Shown: piece after piece, positions 19,842 to 28,614 of the stretch
Position numbering within the stretch: position 1 is the stretch's first letter
Layout: every line of letters begins with the position of its first letter
Position numbers and translations under genes: made by a program
Notes under the pieces: generated by a model
Told to the model about the DNA's origin: nothing
What the model saw: the letters and a program-made list of their open reading frames with translations, nothing else
Database searches by the model: none
Virus record (IMG/VR): IMGVR_UViG_3300032046_005540
Location: 64,001-128,000 of that record
Source: a virus
Length of the DNA stretch: 64,000 nt
Direction: 5' to 3' (one strand)

Positions 19842-20192
19842 TTAATTTTTTTTAAATTTTTTTGCCTCTTCTCTAAGCAATTCAGCAATTTTTTTACTTT
19901 CAGAATATGCTTGCTCACCAACAGGACCTTCTATACAAAATGTAACAGGAGACATTCCACAATCAGTTGTTACAAGCACTTTCCAACCATAAAAACCACA
20001 GTGACATCCATCAAAATAATAAAGTAATTTAGGCAATGCTTTTAAATTTTTTGCCCGAAACCAAATTTGGTATGGAGTTTTGTTATGACCACAACAAGAT
20101 TCTATAGTACGAATATCAGAGAGAAAATTCATAGCATCACATAACTCAATGCATTCTTTATCCATATCATTTATCATTTCTACTTTATTCAT
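19842..20192 (-). CDS. Hypothetical protein with TIESCCGH motif
   Basis: TxxSCxGH motif, as seen in phage proteins with a weak TYW3-like pattern. Confidence 0.55.
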   Translation of the reverse strand: MNKVEMINDMDKECIELCDAMNFLSDIRTIESCCGHNKTPYQIWFRAKNLKALPKLLYYFDGCHCGFYGWKVLVTTDCGMSPVTFCIEGPVGEQAYSESKKIAELLREEAKKFKKN

Positions 20193-20223
20193 TTTCTTTC
20201 TAGTCTAAATATATTCTCTAAAA

Positions 20224-20796
20224 TTAAAAGTTAGTATTACTTCTACTTACTTTCCTTTGAATTTCTCCAATTTCTATCTGTGTTTGAATTACTGTTATTT
20301 GACGAGAAATGTTTTTATTAGTAACATCTAAATTATCTAATTTCTCTCTACATATTTTTGTATGAGTTTTTGCTTCATTTAATGCTTTTTCAACAACAGA
20401 TTTAAAATTTCCTACTTCAGTTATTTTTTCTTCGGCTGCCGCTTGTCTTAAATTTTGATTTCCGAGATCTGTTATTTCTTTTTGTCTTAACTGAACTCTT
20501 AAATGTTTATCAAATAAAGATTGAACATCTTTAAATAATGAATCAAAGACATTTTCATTCTTTATAGCATTTAACAAAATGGTAGTGGTTCGACTCATAT
20601 AACTATCAACTTTTGCTATCTTTTCATTTAATCTTCCTACACCTACAGAACTAGGATCTGAATCTAATCCAACTTTAAAATTATCTAACTCTTCCTTTAC
20701 TTTGGAATAATCTAATAATTGCATATTTTCAAATTCTTCTTGAAGTTCTTCTAATTTTTTTTGCCAAGGAATATTTTCAACAGTAATCTCAAGCAT
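20224..20796 (-). CDS. Coiled-coil protein, possible UvsY-like recombination mediator
   Basis: All-helical; located between recA and the SSB candidate. Confidence 0.45.
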   Translation of the reverse strand: MLEITVENIPWQKKLEELQEEFENMQLLDYSKVKEELDNFKVGLDSDPSSVGVGRLNEKIAKVDSYMSRTTTILLNAIKNENVFDSLFKDVQSLFDKHLRVQLRQKEITDLGNQNLRQAAAEEKITEVGNFKSVVEKALNEAKTHTKICREKLDNLDVTNKNISRQITVIQTQIEIGEIQRKVSRSNTNF

Positions 20797-21064
20797 TTAC
20801 TTTCTCCTGTATTTTTTCTAAAGATTTTCTAAGCTCAACATCTTTCTCGGCAGTCACTTTAATATCCTGATTTGTCAAAGCCTTTGCGGCACGGAATAAA
20901 GCTGCACTTACACTTTTAAGCTTTTCTTTGTCTTCTTCCTTATCTAAATCCAATTCAATTTCAGCTTCTAAAATTGTCGGGGGAAAATCCCAAAAACTAT
21001 AACTATAAGAACTTGAAATTTTACGTCCAAATCCTTTTGTAATTTTGATAATCTTTAGAGCCAT
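20789..21064 (-). CDS. Hypothetical protein
   Basis: ORF fits operon spacing. Confidence 0.55.
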   Translation of the reverse strand: MALKIIKITKGFGRKISSSYSYSFWDFPPTILEAEIELDLDKEEDKEKLKSVSAALFRAAKALTNQDIKVTAEKDVELRKSLEKIQEKVNA

Positions 21065-21193
21065 CGTTTCTCCTTTAATTCCACACTAAAAGTAGTAAAA
21101 GAAGCCATAAATACTTTGGATTTTGAAACATTATCGAAAGAAATATAACACCTGCAATAAGAACAATATTTGAAAAAGCCCTTGGCCAATTCA

Positions 21194-22249
21194 TTAAAAA
21201 TCCTCACTTTCTTTTTGTAACAAAACATTTCTTTTTTCCCAAACCTGATTATAAACCAAGTCATACATAACAGGATCTTTCAAAAGTTTTATAAAAGCTT
21301 CTTTACCATTTACAGAAACCTTCTCATCAGAAACAAGAGAATATTTATTTCCAATCCTCTTTATTACTCCCTTACCTAAACCTTCATCAAAAAGTAATTG
21401 TTCAAAATCAACTCCTTTTTCATAAAGAACTGGAAATTTACCACTTCTTCTTGGAGGAGCTAATTTATTTTTAACTACACATACATCAATACTATGACCT
21501 AGAAGGATTTCTCCTTTTTTAACATCTGATCCTGAAACTTTTTTAACTTTATATCTTTGTGCAGCATAAAACTTCAATATTTTACCCCCAGGAGTTCTTT
21601 CAGGATCTCCCCACATAACTCCTACAGCGTCTCTAACTTGATTTATAAAAATTAAACAAGTTTCAGTTTTACTTAATTCTGGAGCAATTTTCCTTAACCC
21701 TTTACCCATTATTCTTGCAAGTAATGCCATTTGTTGATCTTCCATAGCTCCTTCAATTTCTGCTTTCGGAACTAATCCTACAACGGAATCAATAACACAA
21801 TAAGCGTATAGACCACTACTAATAAAATCTAAAAGCATATCAAAAGCAGTTTCCGCACATAAATCCGCACCTGGTGCTTCAATCATATCAGTATCTATAT
21901 CATAAATTTCCATCCACTCTTTAGGTGTTCCAAATTCCAAATCAAAATAAGCCGAAGGTTTGTTATACTTTTTTTGAGCGTGGCCCATTGCTTGAAGAAC
22001 TAAAAGACTCTTACCACTACTTTCAGGACCAAAGATTTCAATCATATTTCCTTGAGGAAAACCTCCGATACCAGATGCAACATCTACAGTAATAATTCCT
22101 GTTGAATAAACACCTTTAGATTTTTCTTCACTTAAATCTCTCAAAGAACTTTTGTATTTACCCTCAATGTATTTTTTAAGTTCCTCCCTATCTGTAGGAA
22201 CTTCTTTATCTTTTTTCATTAAAATACTCTCCTTTTTTATGCTTCCCAC
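21194..22249 (-). CDS. recA: RecA recombinase
   Basis: IEIFGPESSGKS, IDSV, IFINQVR, TPGGKILKFYA, VVKNKLAPP. Confidence 0.95.
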   Translation of the reverse strand: MGSIKKESILMKKDKEVPTDREELKKYIEGKYKSSLRDLSEEKSKGVYSTGIITVDVASGIGGFPQGNMIEIFGPESSGKSLLVLQAMGHAQKKYNKPSAYFDLEFGTPKEWMEIYDIDTDMIEAPGADLCAETAFDMLLDFISSGLYAYCVIDSVVGLVPKAEIEGAMEDQQMALLARIMGKGLRKIAPELSKTETCLIFINQVRDAVGVMWGDPERTPGGKILKFYAAQRYKVKKVSGSDVKKGEILLGHSIDVCVVKNKLAPPRRSGKFPVLYEKGVDFEQLLFDEGLGKGVIKRIGNKYSLVSDEKVSVNGKEAFIKLLKDPVMYDLVYNQVWEKRNVLLQKESEDF

Positions 22250-22430
22250 CTCTTACATCGCTCAGCAACTACTTCTCCTACTTTCAATCGATAGATCAAC
22301 TATATTTTTATCATTACCAAAAAATTCAGACATTTGAATAGTAGGATCATAAGCAGTCAACCACCCAATTCTATATCTTACAATACAACCTGCAGACTTT
22401 TTACAATTTTCACAATTCTTATTCATTTCT

Positions 22431-23225
22431 TCACTCCTTATTATATTCCTCCATAGTTTTTATATTTTTCAAAGCAAGTTGTAAGATTTCATCTGAAACT
22501 TGGACATTAAAATAATCTTCTGGTCTTTCTGGAACAACAAACTTTGCAGGTAATGTCTCTTTAATATCAATACCTTTAATAGCACATTTAAATGCTGTTG
22601 AAGAATCCACACTTCTAATAAATCCAAAAAGTTTTAAAAATTCAATCTCATGTGGATGACCTCCAATACCTAAACAATGAAAACTTTTACCAGAAGCAAG
22701 TAAATTGAAATGTTGATTAACATAACTTATAACCGTAGGTCTTAAAAGACTTTGAGGTAATTGCCAAAATTCAAAAGTTTTACCTATGGCTCCATACGAA
22801 AAACCTATAGTATCAATCTCTTTAACTTCTAACAATTTCGAAAAACATTCCATATATTCTCTTTCAGTCTTTCCTTGAGGAACTGCCATTAAACTTTTTG
22901 GACGATAACTCTTATTTTCCAAATCATTCAAAGCATCAACAACTCGTTTAATAGTAATTTCTCCATCCAAATAACAATCAGGTAAAACCATTTCAGAAGC
23001 ATGAACTAACTCAACTGCTTTAATAACTTCATCAAGAGGAGCAGCATTTCCATATTCAAATACACCATTATCCATAATGATAAAATCTCCTTTTAAACTT
23101 CTTTCAAGGTATGTTTCCTGATATTTTTTATTTTTTAAAACCTCTTGAGAAATTAACAAATGCATAGAAGAATTTTGATTACAAACTTCTATATAATCAG
23201 CTGGAACAATATGACAAATTTTCAT
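22431..23225 (-). CDS. TGT/DpdA-like guanine transglycosylase (TIM barrel)
   Basis: MDNGVFE, VLPD, AVPQG, FHCLG, RSVDSS occur in the order of the TGT substrate-binding and catalytic Asp motifs. Confidence 0.7.
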   Translation of the reverse strand: MKICHIVPADYIEVCNQNSSMHLLISQEVLKNKKYQETYLERSLKGDFIIMDNGVFEYGNAAPLDEVIKAVELVHASEMVLPDCYLDGEITIKRVVDALNDLENKSYRPKSLMAVPQGKTEREYMECFSKLLEVKEIDTIGFSYGAIGKTFEFWQLPQSLLRPTVISYVNQHFNLLASGKSFHCLGIGGHPHEIEFLKLFGFIRSVDSSTAFKCAIKGIDIKETLPAKFVVPERPEDYFNVQVSDEILQLALKNIKTMEEYNKE

Positions 23226-23239
23226 TTTATTTCTTTCTT

Positions 23240-23773
23240 TTATATCATTTTAGATAATTCACAAACTTTTTCAACTCTTCGTTGAATTTCTCCTGTTATT
23301 ATATAATACATATGATGATTATTAAAAGAATAAATTTCATTCAATAATTTTTTAATTTCTCTATCAACATCTTTTTGAAATTGAAAATCTTCATCTCTAA
23401 CACTATCTTTTTCCAAAGAAAACTCTATTGGAATATAAAACACGGCACCTGCAAATTGGTCTCTTTCTATTTGACATAATCTTTTCATAAGATTTATAAC
23501 GGGTTCAGGTAATTTATTACTTATAGCATAAGCAGTTTGTCTTATAATACTATCTACAGAAATAAAACTAGGTTTTCCACATACTTTTTGTAAATATCTT
23601 TGAACTGTTTCTATTTGACTAACAATATCACTTGTTTTATTTATTTGAAACCCTTCTTGCTTTGCTTCACGATGAATTCCATCTATAATTTCACAATAAG
23701 GAAATAACTTTTGAATTTCCTTTGCTAAAGTAGTTTTTCCTGTTCCGTGAGCACCTACTAATAAGATTTTCAT
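23240..23773 (-). CDS. P-loop nucleotide monophosphate kinase (AAA_28/NadR-like)
   Basis: GAHGTGKTT; FYIPIEF...DSVRD..FQ. Confidence 0.8.
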   Translation of the reverse strand: MKILLVGAHGTGKTTLAKEIQKLFPYCEIIDGIHREAKQEGFQINKTSDIVSQIETVQRYLQKVCGKPSFISVDSIIRQTAYAISNKLPEPVINLMKRLCQIERDQFAGAVFYIPIEFSLEKDSVRDEDFQFQKDVDREIKKLLNEIYSFNNHHMYYIITGEIQRRVEKVCELSKMI

Positions 23774-23791
23774 AATCTCTTCTCCTCCAAA

Positions 23792-24052
23792 TTAAGTATA
23801 ATAATGATCAAGGAAAGTATCCTCCTGAGGTTTTACATGTGAGACTTTCAAACAATATAAATGATACAGAGCATAACCAATCACATCGGGTATACGAAAT
23901 AAAAAACATAAAGCAAGTACAACAAAAGCAAAACCAAAAACTGGGTCACCCCATTGAAGATGAAACAAATACACAGGAATCACAAAAATTCCAATACAAA
24001 TAAATCCTCCAACAAATCCAAAAAACATTGTTAAAAAAGAATGGTCTTTCAT
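23792..24052 (-). CDS. Small membrane protein
   Basis: Likely start MKDHSF; two hydrophobic helices. Confidence 0.55.
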   Translation of the reverse strand: MKDHSFLTMFFGFVGGFICIGIFVIPVYLFHLQWGDPVFGFAFVVLALCFLFRIPDVIGYALYHLYCLKVSHVKPQEDTFLDHYYT

Positions 24053-24053
24053 A

Positions 24054-24473
24054 TTATTTATCTCCAAACAATATTTTGAACTCTCTTTGAAAAGATTGTA
24101 ATGAATCTGAAACATGAACTGCATTTTTAGGTAGTTCCGTTCCAAACATTTGTCTAATAGTTCCAAATTTAGCTTTTTTAGGATCTGTATTTCCAACAAG
24201 TTCTCTTAAATGTAAAATAGTTTCTTCAAAATTCTTTTCTGGATGAGATACTATTAAAGTAACTACAGGATCTGAAGTTACAAACTTAAGGTTTCTTACA
24301 AAAAAATCTTTGCCTCTATGTTCATAATAAAGGTCCCTAGCCTGAGTTAATGTCAAAGTCCTAAATTTCATGTGATCAATCTTATAACCATTGTCCTCAA
24401 GAATGGTAATTATTTTTCCTACATTACCTGCTTGCACAGCATCAGGTTTTATTATTACCAAACAAAGGCCCAT
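24054..24473 (-). CDS. ndk: Nucleoside diphosphate kinase
   Basis: IIKPDAV, GTIR, NAVHVSDS. Confidence 0.93.
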   Translation of the reverse strand: MGLCLVIIKPDAVQAGNVGKIITILEDNGYKIDHMKFRTLTLTQARDLYYEHRGKDFFVRNLKFVTSDPVVTLIVSHPEKNFEETILHLRELVGNTDPKKAKFGTIRQMFGTELPKNAVHVSDSLQSFQREFKILFGDK

Positions 24474-24633
24474 TACAACTCCTTTTTTAAGTTACAAGTT
24501 CTTTATTTAATGTGTAAAGTCTTTTAAACGCTTCTTCTCGCAACTTTTCACAATGTAATCTTTGAGAATCCAATTCATCAATTTCATTGTATATTTTTTC
24601 TTTTCCAAGTTCAATTTCTTCTTTTCTATTCAT

Positions 24634-24966
24634 TTAATCCATCACCTTTTTTGCTTCCTCTGCAAAATGATCATATTCTATAACATTATCAATTGCATAA
24701 TCTCCAGTAGGAATTGTTATAGGATTGTGAGTGTTATGTTTTAAAGTAACTGGTTTTTCTACATGCAAAAACAAATTATCTTTTTCATCACAATACAAAT
24801 CAGACAACTCTTTCTCTACAATTTGATGGCAATGACCAGTTACTTCTCCTTCTGCCAAAATCCTATGATTTAAAGGTTTTAGGTTTGCAGGAAAAGTTTC
24901 AATTTTCCTAACAATTACATCTCCTTGTTGGAAAAATTCTCCAACATTAACTTTACTTCTCTTCAT
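24634..24966 (-). CDS. Conserved small protein (QGDV/EGEVTGH family, usual partner of DUF6745-like proteins)
   Basis: QQGDV...LAEGEVTGHCH...LKH..H..I.IPTG.Y...EYD. Confidence 0.7.
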   Translation of the reverse strand: MKRSKVNVGEFFQQGDVIVRKIETFPANLKPLNHRILAEGEVTGHCHQIVEKELSDLYCDEKDNLFLHVEKPVTLKHNTHNPITIPTGDYAIDNVIEYDHFAEEAKKVMD

Positions 24967-24982
24967 CTTACTTACCTCCTCT

Positions 24983-26137
24983 TTAAGTTAAAATTAAAGG
25001 TTTATTTTTTGTTTTATTTCTAAATTCTAATGCTTGTTCTACAGTAGTAATTTCTGGAGAAACTCCTTCCAAATGCCAAACCTTCTCAGAAGGATTAAAC
25101 ATTCTAAGATAGGGTCTAACTCTTTCATCTCCTAAATCAAGATTGTATAAACAATATCCTTCTGAACCTTTATCATCTAAAACTTTAGCTTTAAGTTCAA
25201 AAAGAATTTTTTCAATTCCTATCTTTCTAACTATTTCTCTTCTAACTTCTGTATTTTGTTCTTTAAGAAGAATATGGGAGTCTAATTTATCAGAGGGAGT
25301 TAAAACTATTTCTTTAGAAACTCTAACACCATTCAAAACATAAACTTCAAATTTAGGTTCTCCGGCATAAAGAATTGCTGGTCTATCTTCTGCATGAAGA
25401 ATTCCGTTCTTCATATAAATTTCTCTTGGGTGATCACAAATAATAGTAATATTTTCTAAAGGATAGAAAAATCCCCATTGAGTAGTTTTCATATATAAAC
25501 CAAACAATGGAGAAAATTCAATTCCAAGTTCTTTATTCATAAAATCATAAAATGCAAAATAACCTACAAAAAAATGACCATCAATATATGGGTAAACAAA
25601 ATCTTTAACCTGACTCCTAACCTGATTCCCAACCTGACTCCTAACCTGACTCCAAACCTGATTCTCAACCTGATTCCTAACCTGATTCTCAACCTGATTC
25701 CTAACCTGACTCCAAACCTGACTCCCAACCTGATTCTCAACCTGACTCCTAACCTGACTCCAAACCTGATTCCTAACCTGATTCTCAACCTGATTCTCAA
25801 CCTGATTCCTAACCTGATTCTCAACCTGACTCCAAACCTGATTCTCAACCTGATTCTCAACCTGATTCTCAACCTGATTCCCAACCTGACTCCTAACCTG
25901 ACTCCAAACCTGACTCCAAACCTGATAAAATAAAAGAACAGCTAACCAAGTAGATAAAGGATTATCCATATAAACTATAGGAGCAGGTTTATAACCAAGT
26001 ATCTTTTCTCTTATAAAATTTGGAGTTATTAAATCCTTTTCTACGGGGTCAGTAGAAAGTCCTATTTTTACCCATTTTTCTACATATTCAGGAAATTTAG
26101 ATATTTGTTCTTTAGTTAAAGAATTTATTTGTTTCAT
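24983..26137 (-). CDS. DUF6745-like protein with QVxx tetrapeptide repeat
   Basis: 26 QV[WREG][SN] repeats; C-terminal LHAEDRPAILY...NTEVRR. Confidence 0.7.
   Translation of the reverse strand: MKQINSLTKEQISKFPEYVEKWVKIGLSTDPVEKDLITPNFIREKILGYKPAPIVYMDNPLSTWLAVLLFYQVWSQVWSQVRSQVGNQVENQVENQVENQVWSQVENQVRNQVENQVENQVRNQVWSQVRSQVENQVGSQVWSQVRNQVENQVRNQVENQVWSQVRSQVGNQVRSQVKDFVYPYIDGHFFVGYFAFYDFMNKELGIEFSPLFGLYMKTTQWGFFYPLENITIICDHPREIYMKNGILHAEDRPAILYAGEPKFEVYVLNGVRVSKEIVLTPSDKLDSHILLKEQNTEVRREIVRKIGIEKILFELKAKVLDDKGSEGYCLYNLDLGDERVRPYLRMFNPSEKVWHLEGVSPEITTVEQALEFRNKTKNKPLILT
25607..25924. repeat. 12-bp tandem repeat, about 26.5 units
   Basis: Minus-strand unit CAGGTT-(TGG/AGG/GAG/GGG)-(AGT/AAT). 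Confidence 0.95.
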
Positions 26138-26161
26138 TATTGTTTCTCATATTTTATGTTC

Positions 26162-26179
26162 AATATATTATACACAAAA
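26162..26179 (-). promoter_or_regulatory. Conserved extended -10 promoter motif TTTTGTGTATAATATATT
   Basis: One of four near-identical intergenic copies; upstream of the ATG at 26137. Confidence 0.7.
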
Positions 26180-26207
26180 AGTAGAATGTAGGTGTAAACT
26201 AAAACTA

Positions 26208-26930
26208 TTACTTAACTATTTGAAATGTTCCCTTTCCAACCTTTTGGATTTTATATCCTTTCTTTTGCAATTGTTTAACCTTTTGGTAAACATTTTGATA
26301 ACTCTTTCCGGTCATTTTTGCAATTTTCGTTATAGGTGTTCCTTTTTCAAGTTCTTTAAGAATAACATAATTCTTTTGAACGTTTTCCGGAGCTTGTTCT
26401 TCCTCCTTAATATTTTTCAGTTCTTCAATATATTCAGGAGGTGCTTCTTCATTTGTTATAGCTATAGAAATTTTTGTAGATTTAATCAATCTGTTAATAA
26501 AATGATCTTCTGAAGGTAATGTTTGAAGGTCTGTTACTTCCAAAGGATAATCTGGAAGTAAATCTAACTCAGTTTGCCATGGTGTAAAAACAATAACCCG
26601 CAATACTTCCTCTTGACTCTTCATTTCCTTGATCTTTTTCTCAACAGCCTCTTTTTGAGAAGTATTCAAAGTAACTCCATCATAAACCATCTTAATACCA
26701 AATTGAACTGGACCTTGCCAATCATCAGGCACTTCAACACCATAACCTTTAACCATTTCAATCACAGTAGTTTTAATCTCCTCGGTATTATCCTTTATCA
26801 CCTTCCTTATTGCACGAACCGGATAAAACCCCCGTAAAGATCCAGCTTCTTTAGTATCTGCTTGTTTTCCACCTCTTGTCAAATAGATACTATTTATCTT
26901 TGCGTCTTTTGCTAAAATTTTTTCTGCCAT
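26208..26930 (-). CDS. Hypothetical protein with C-terminal winged HTH
   Basis: ITKIAKMTGKSYQNVYQKVKQLQKKGY. Confidence 0.65.
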   Translation of the reverse strand: MAEKILAKDAKINSIYLTRGGKQADTKEAGSLRGFYPVRAIRKVIKDNTEEIKTTVIEMVKGYGVEVPDDWQGPVQFGIKMVYDGVTLNTSQKEAVEKKIKEMKSQEEVLRVIVFTPWQTELDLLPDYPLEVTDLQTLPSEDHFINRLIKSTKISIAITNEEAPPEYIEELKNIKEEEQAPENVQKNYVILKELEKGTPITKIAKMTGKSYQNVYQKVKQLQKKGYKIQKVGKGTFQIVK

Positions 26931-26954
26931 TTTAACACCTCCTAGTTTTACATT

Positions 26955-26980
26955 AATATATTATACACAAAATCTAGGAG
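26955..26980 (-). promoter_or_regulatory. Conserved extended -10 promoter motif
   Basis: Minus strand CTCCTAGATTTTGTGTATAATATATT. Confidence 0.7.
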
Positions 26981-26990
26981 AAAAGAGCCT

Positions 26991-28082
26991 TTAATTTTCA
27001 CTAACCTTACTTTGTTCCACCAACATTGATATCATTCTACCACCAATTGCTTGTAATTGAAGAGCCGTATCCCAAGGATATCTTTTACTTGAATCAGTTA
27101 TCCTATTATGTGAAGCATAAGCATTAACATCCGTAGGTTCTGCTTCTTTCAATGCTTCAACAAACAATTGCCTGTTATGAGCTCTCTTAAAAGAAACTAA
27201 ATGAAGAACTGCTTTTCTTCCATCTTCATTTTTATCAATAACAGAATCCGCCTGTTCTGGGCCTGCAACTCTACTTACCGCTTTCCAAACACTTTCAACT
27301 TGAAAATCTGTCAAATAAGTTTCGGGCATCTTATTATAAACTTCAGATACCTTATCAAAATTAACTTTCAAATTTTGAAGTTTATTCAAAAAATGGTCAA
27401 GGTCTTTTTCTATAGAAATCTTTCTGTTTGCATCTCTCCTAACTGATCCCCAATCATCAGTCAATGTGGCTCCGTTAACACAAGAAAGTCTATAAAGATA
27501 TAACTTACCTACAGCGTCTCTAAATCCTGTATCAGAATTAACCACTCTAAATCCTATCTTTGTAATATCTCCAACTTTTGGTTCTAAAGGTTTTATAGAA
27601 GGGTCTACAATATTAAGATCAAATCCCTTATAACATAATCTTATAGATTCTAAATCAACTGGTTTATCTTTAAACATTTTATCTAATCCATATAAAAGAG
27701 TTTCGTTAGAAAAAGGTTTGTAATTGCTCTTTACAATATTGATAATCTCATTTTCTGTTCCTACAAGAAGAGAAATCATATCTCCTCTTTTCTCTTCAAG
27801 TAATCGAGAAATATTCTTTAGAAGTAAATCGATAGGAATTTTGCGGGCAAATGGATCTGGAATACCTAAAAGTCTACACAAAGATTGTAAACTCCATTGA
27901 GTCATTTTTCTAGACTCACTTTCTACTGTTAAATTTGCACTTCCATTAAAAGAAACAACAACATTTCCTAAAGAAGTAGGATGAGCTTTTGTTCTAAATT
28001 CTTTAACCGTGCTAAAAGCTTCGTCCATAGTTTTTATACTAACATATTCCTTTTCTGGAGCAAAAGCTAATTCTTCATACAT
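26991..28082 (-). CDS. DUF932-like protein
   Basis: VVNSDTG...LYRLSCVNGA. Confidence 0.65.
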   Translation of the reverse strand: MYEELAFAPEKEYVSIKTMDEAFSTVKEFRTKAHPTSLGNVVVSFNGSANLTVESESRKMTQWSLQSLCRLLGIPDPFARKIPIDLLLKNISRLLEEKRGDMISLLVGTENEIINIVKSNYKPFSNETLLYGLDKMFKDKPVDLESIRLCYKGFDLNIVDPSIKPLEPKVGDITKIGFRVVNSDTGFRDAVGKLYLYRLSCVNGATLTDDWGSVRRDANRKISIEKDLDHFLNKLQNLKVNFDKVSEVYNKMPETYLTDFQVESVWKAVSRVAGPEQADSVIDKNEDGRKAVLHLVSFKRAHNRQLFVEALKEAEPTDVNAYASHNRITDSSKRYPWDTALQLQAIGGRMISMLVEQSKVSEN

Positions 28083-28111
28083 TTTTTATCTCCTTTCAAC
28101 TATAATAATGT

Positions 28112-28540
28112 TTAATTTTCTTTTTCAAGATTTGAAAATTCTTGTTCTGCTTTTTCCCAATCTACTCCTACTTTTTTCAAAATACTTCGAAAATCTTCAA
28201 TATCATGACGTTTTAAACAATAAGTTCCATTATCTCGTTTTTTGATATGCATTAATTCATGAAACAAAAGAAGATTTCTTTTCCCAAGACCAGATTTATC
28301 ATATCCTTCTTTCCACACAATTATTACTAAAGGGAAAAACCCTAACACCTGAACATATTCTGGCACCAAACAAATTTTTGCCTGATAATGGGGAGGCGTT
28401 TCACTTATATTCCACACCAATCCTATATCTTTTATAGCTATTTCATCGAGTTCTTCTTTAAATTTGCTATTTAACAATTGCACCACTACCTCTTTTAATT
28501 CAGGTGCAGGAATATATTTTGCTAAAAATGTTTTTGTCAT
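28112..28540 (-). CDS. Putative phage metallopeptidase
   Basis: HELMH...HDIEDF. Confidence 0.75.
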   Translation of the reverse strand: MTKTFLAKYIPAPELKEVVVQLLNSKFKEELDEIAIKDIGLVWNISETPPHYQAKICLVPEYVQVLGFFPLVIIVWKEGYDKSGLGKRNLLLFHELMHIKKRDNGTYCLKRHDIEDFRSILKKVGVDWEKAEQEFSNLEKEN

Positions 28541-28614
28541 ATCTTTACCTCCTTAATTTTAATGTTCTCTTAAATATACAACTTCACTTTAAAACATCAA
28601 CTAAATATTTTCCA

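Noticed and set aside
21055-21264. ORFs 21055-21264, 34033-34284 and 8795-8980 as annotated
   Set aside because: They overlap confident genes substantially in another frame. A shorter gene may exist at about 21055-21228 but cannot be supported.
25607-25924. CRISPR array or DGR variable region
   Set aside because: Units are contiguous 12-mers without unique spacers and are in frame within a CDS. Several adenines are invariant, and no cas or reverse transcriptase gene is in the window.
25564-25933. Alternative-frame ORFs (RIRL and PNL repeats)
   Set aside because: By-products of the stop-free 12-bp repeat; the QVxx frame is continuous with a recognisable protein.
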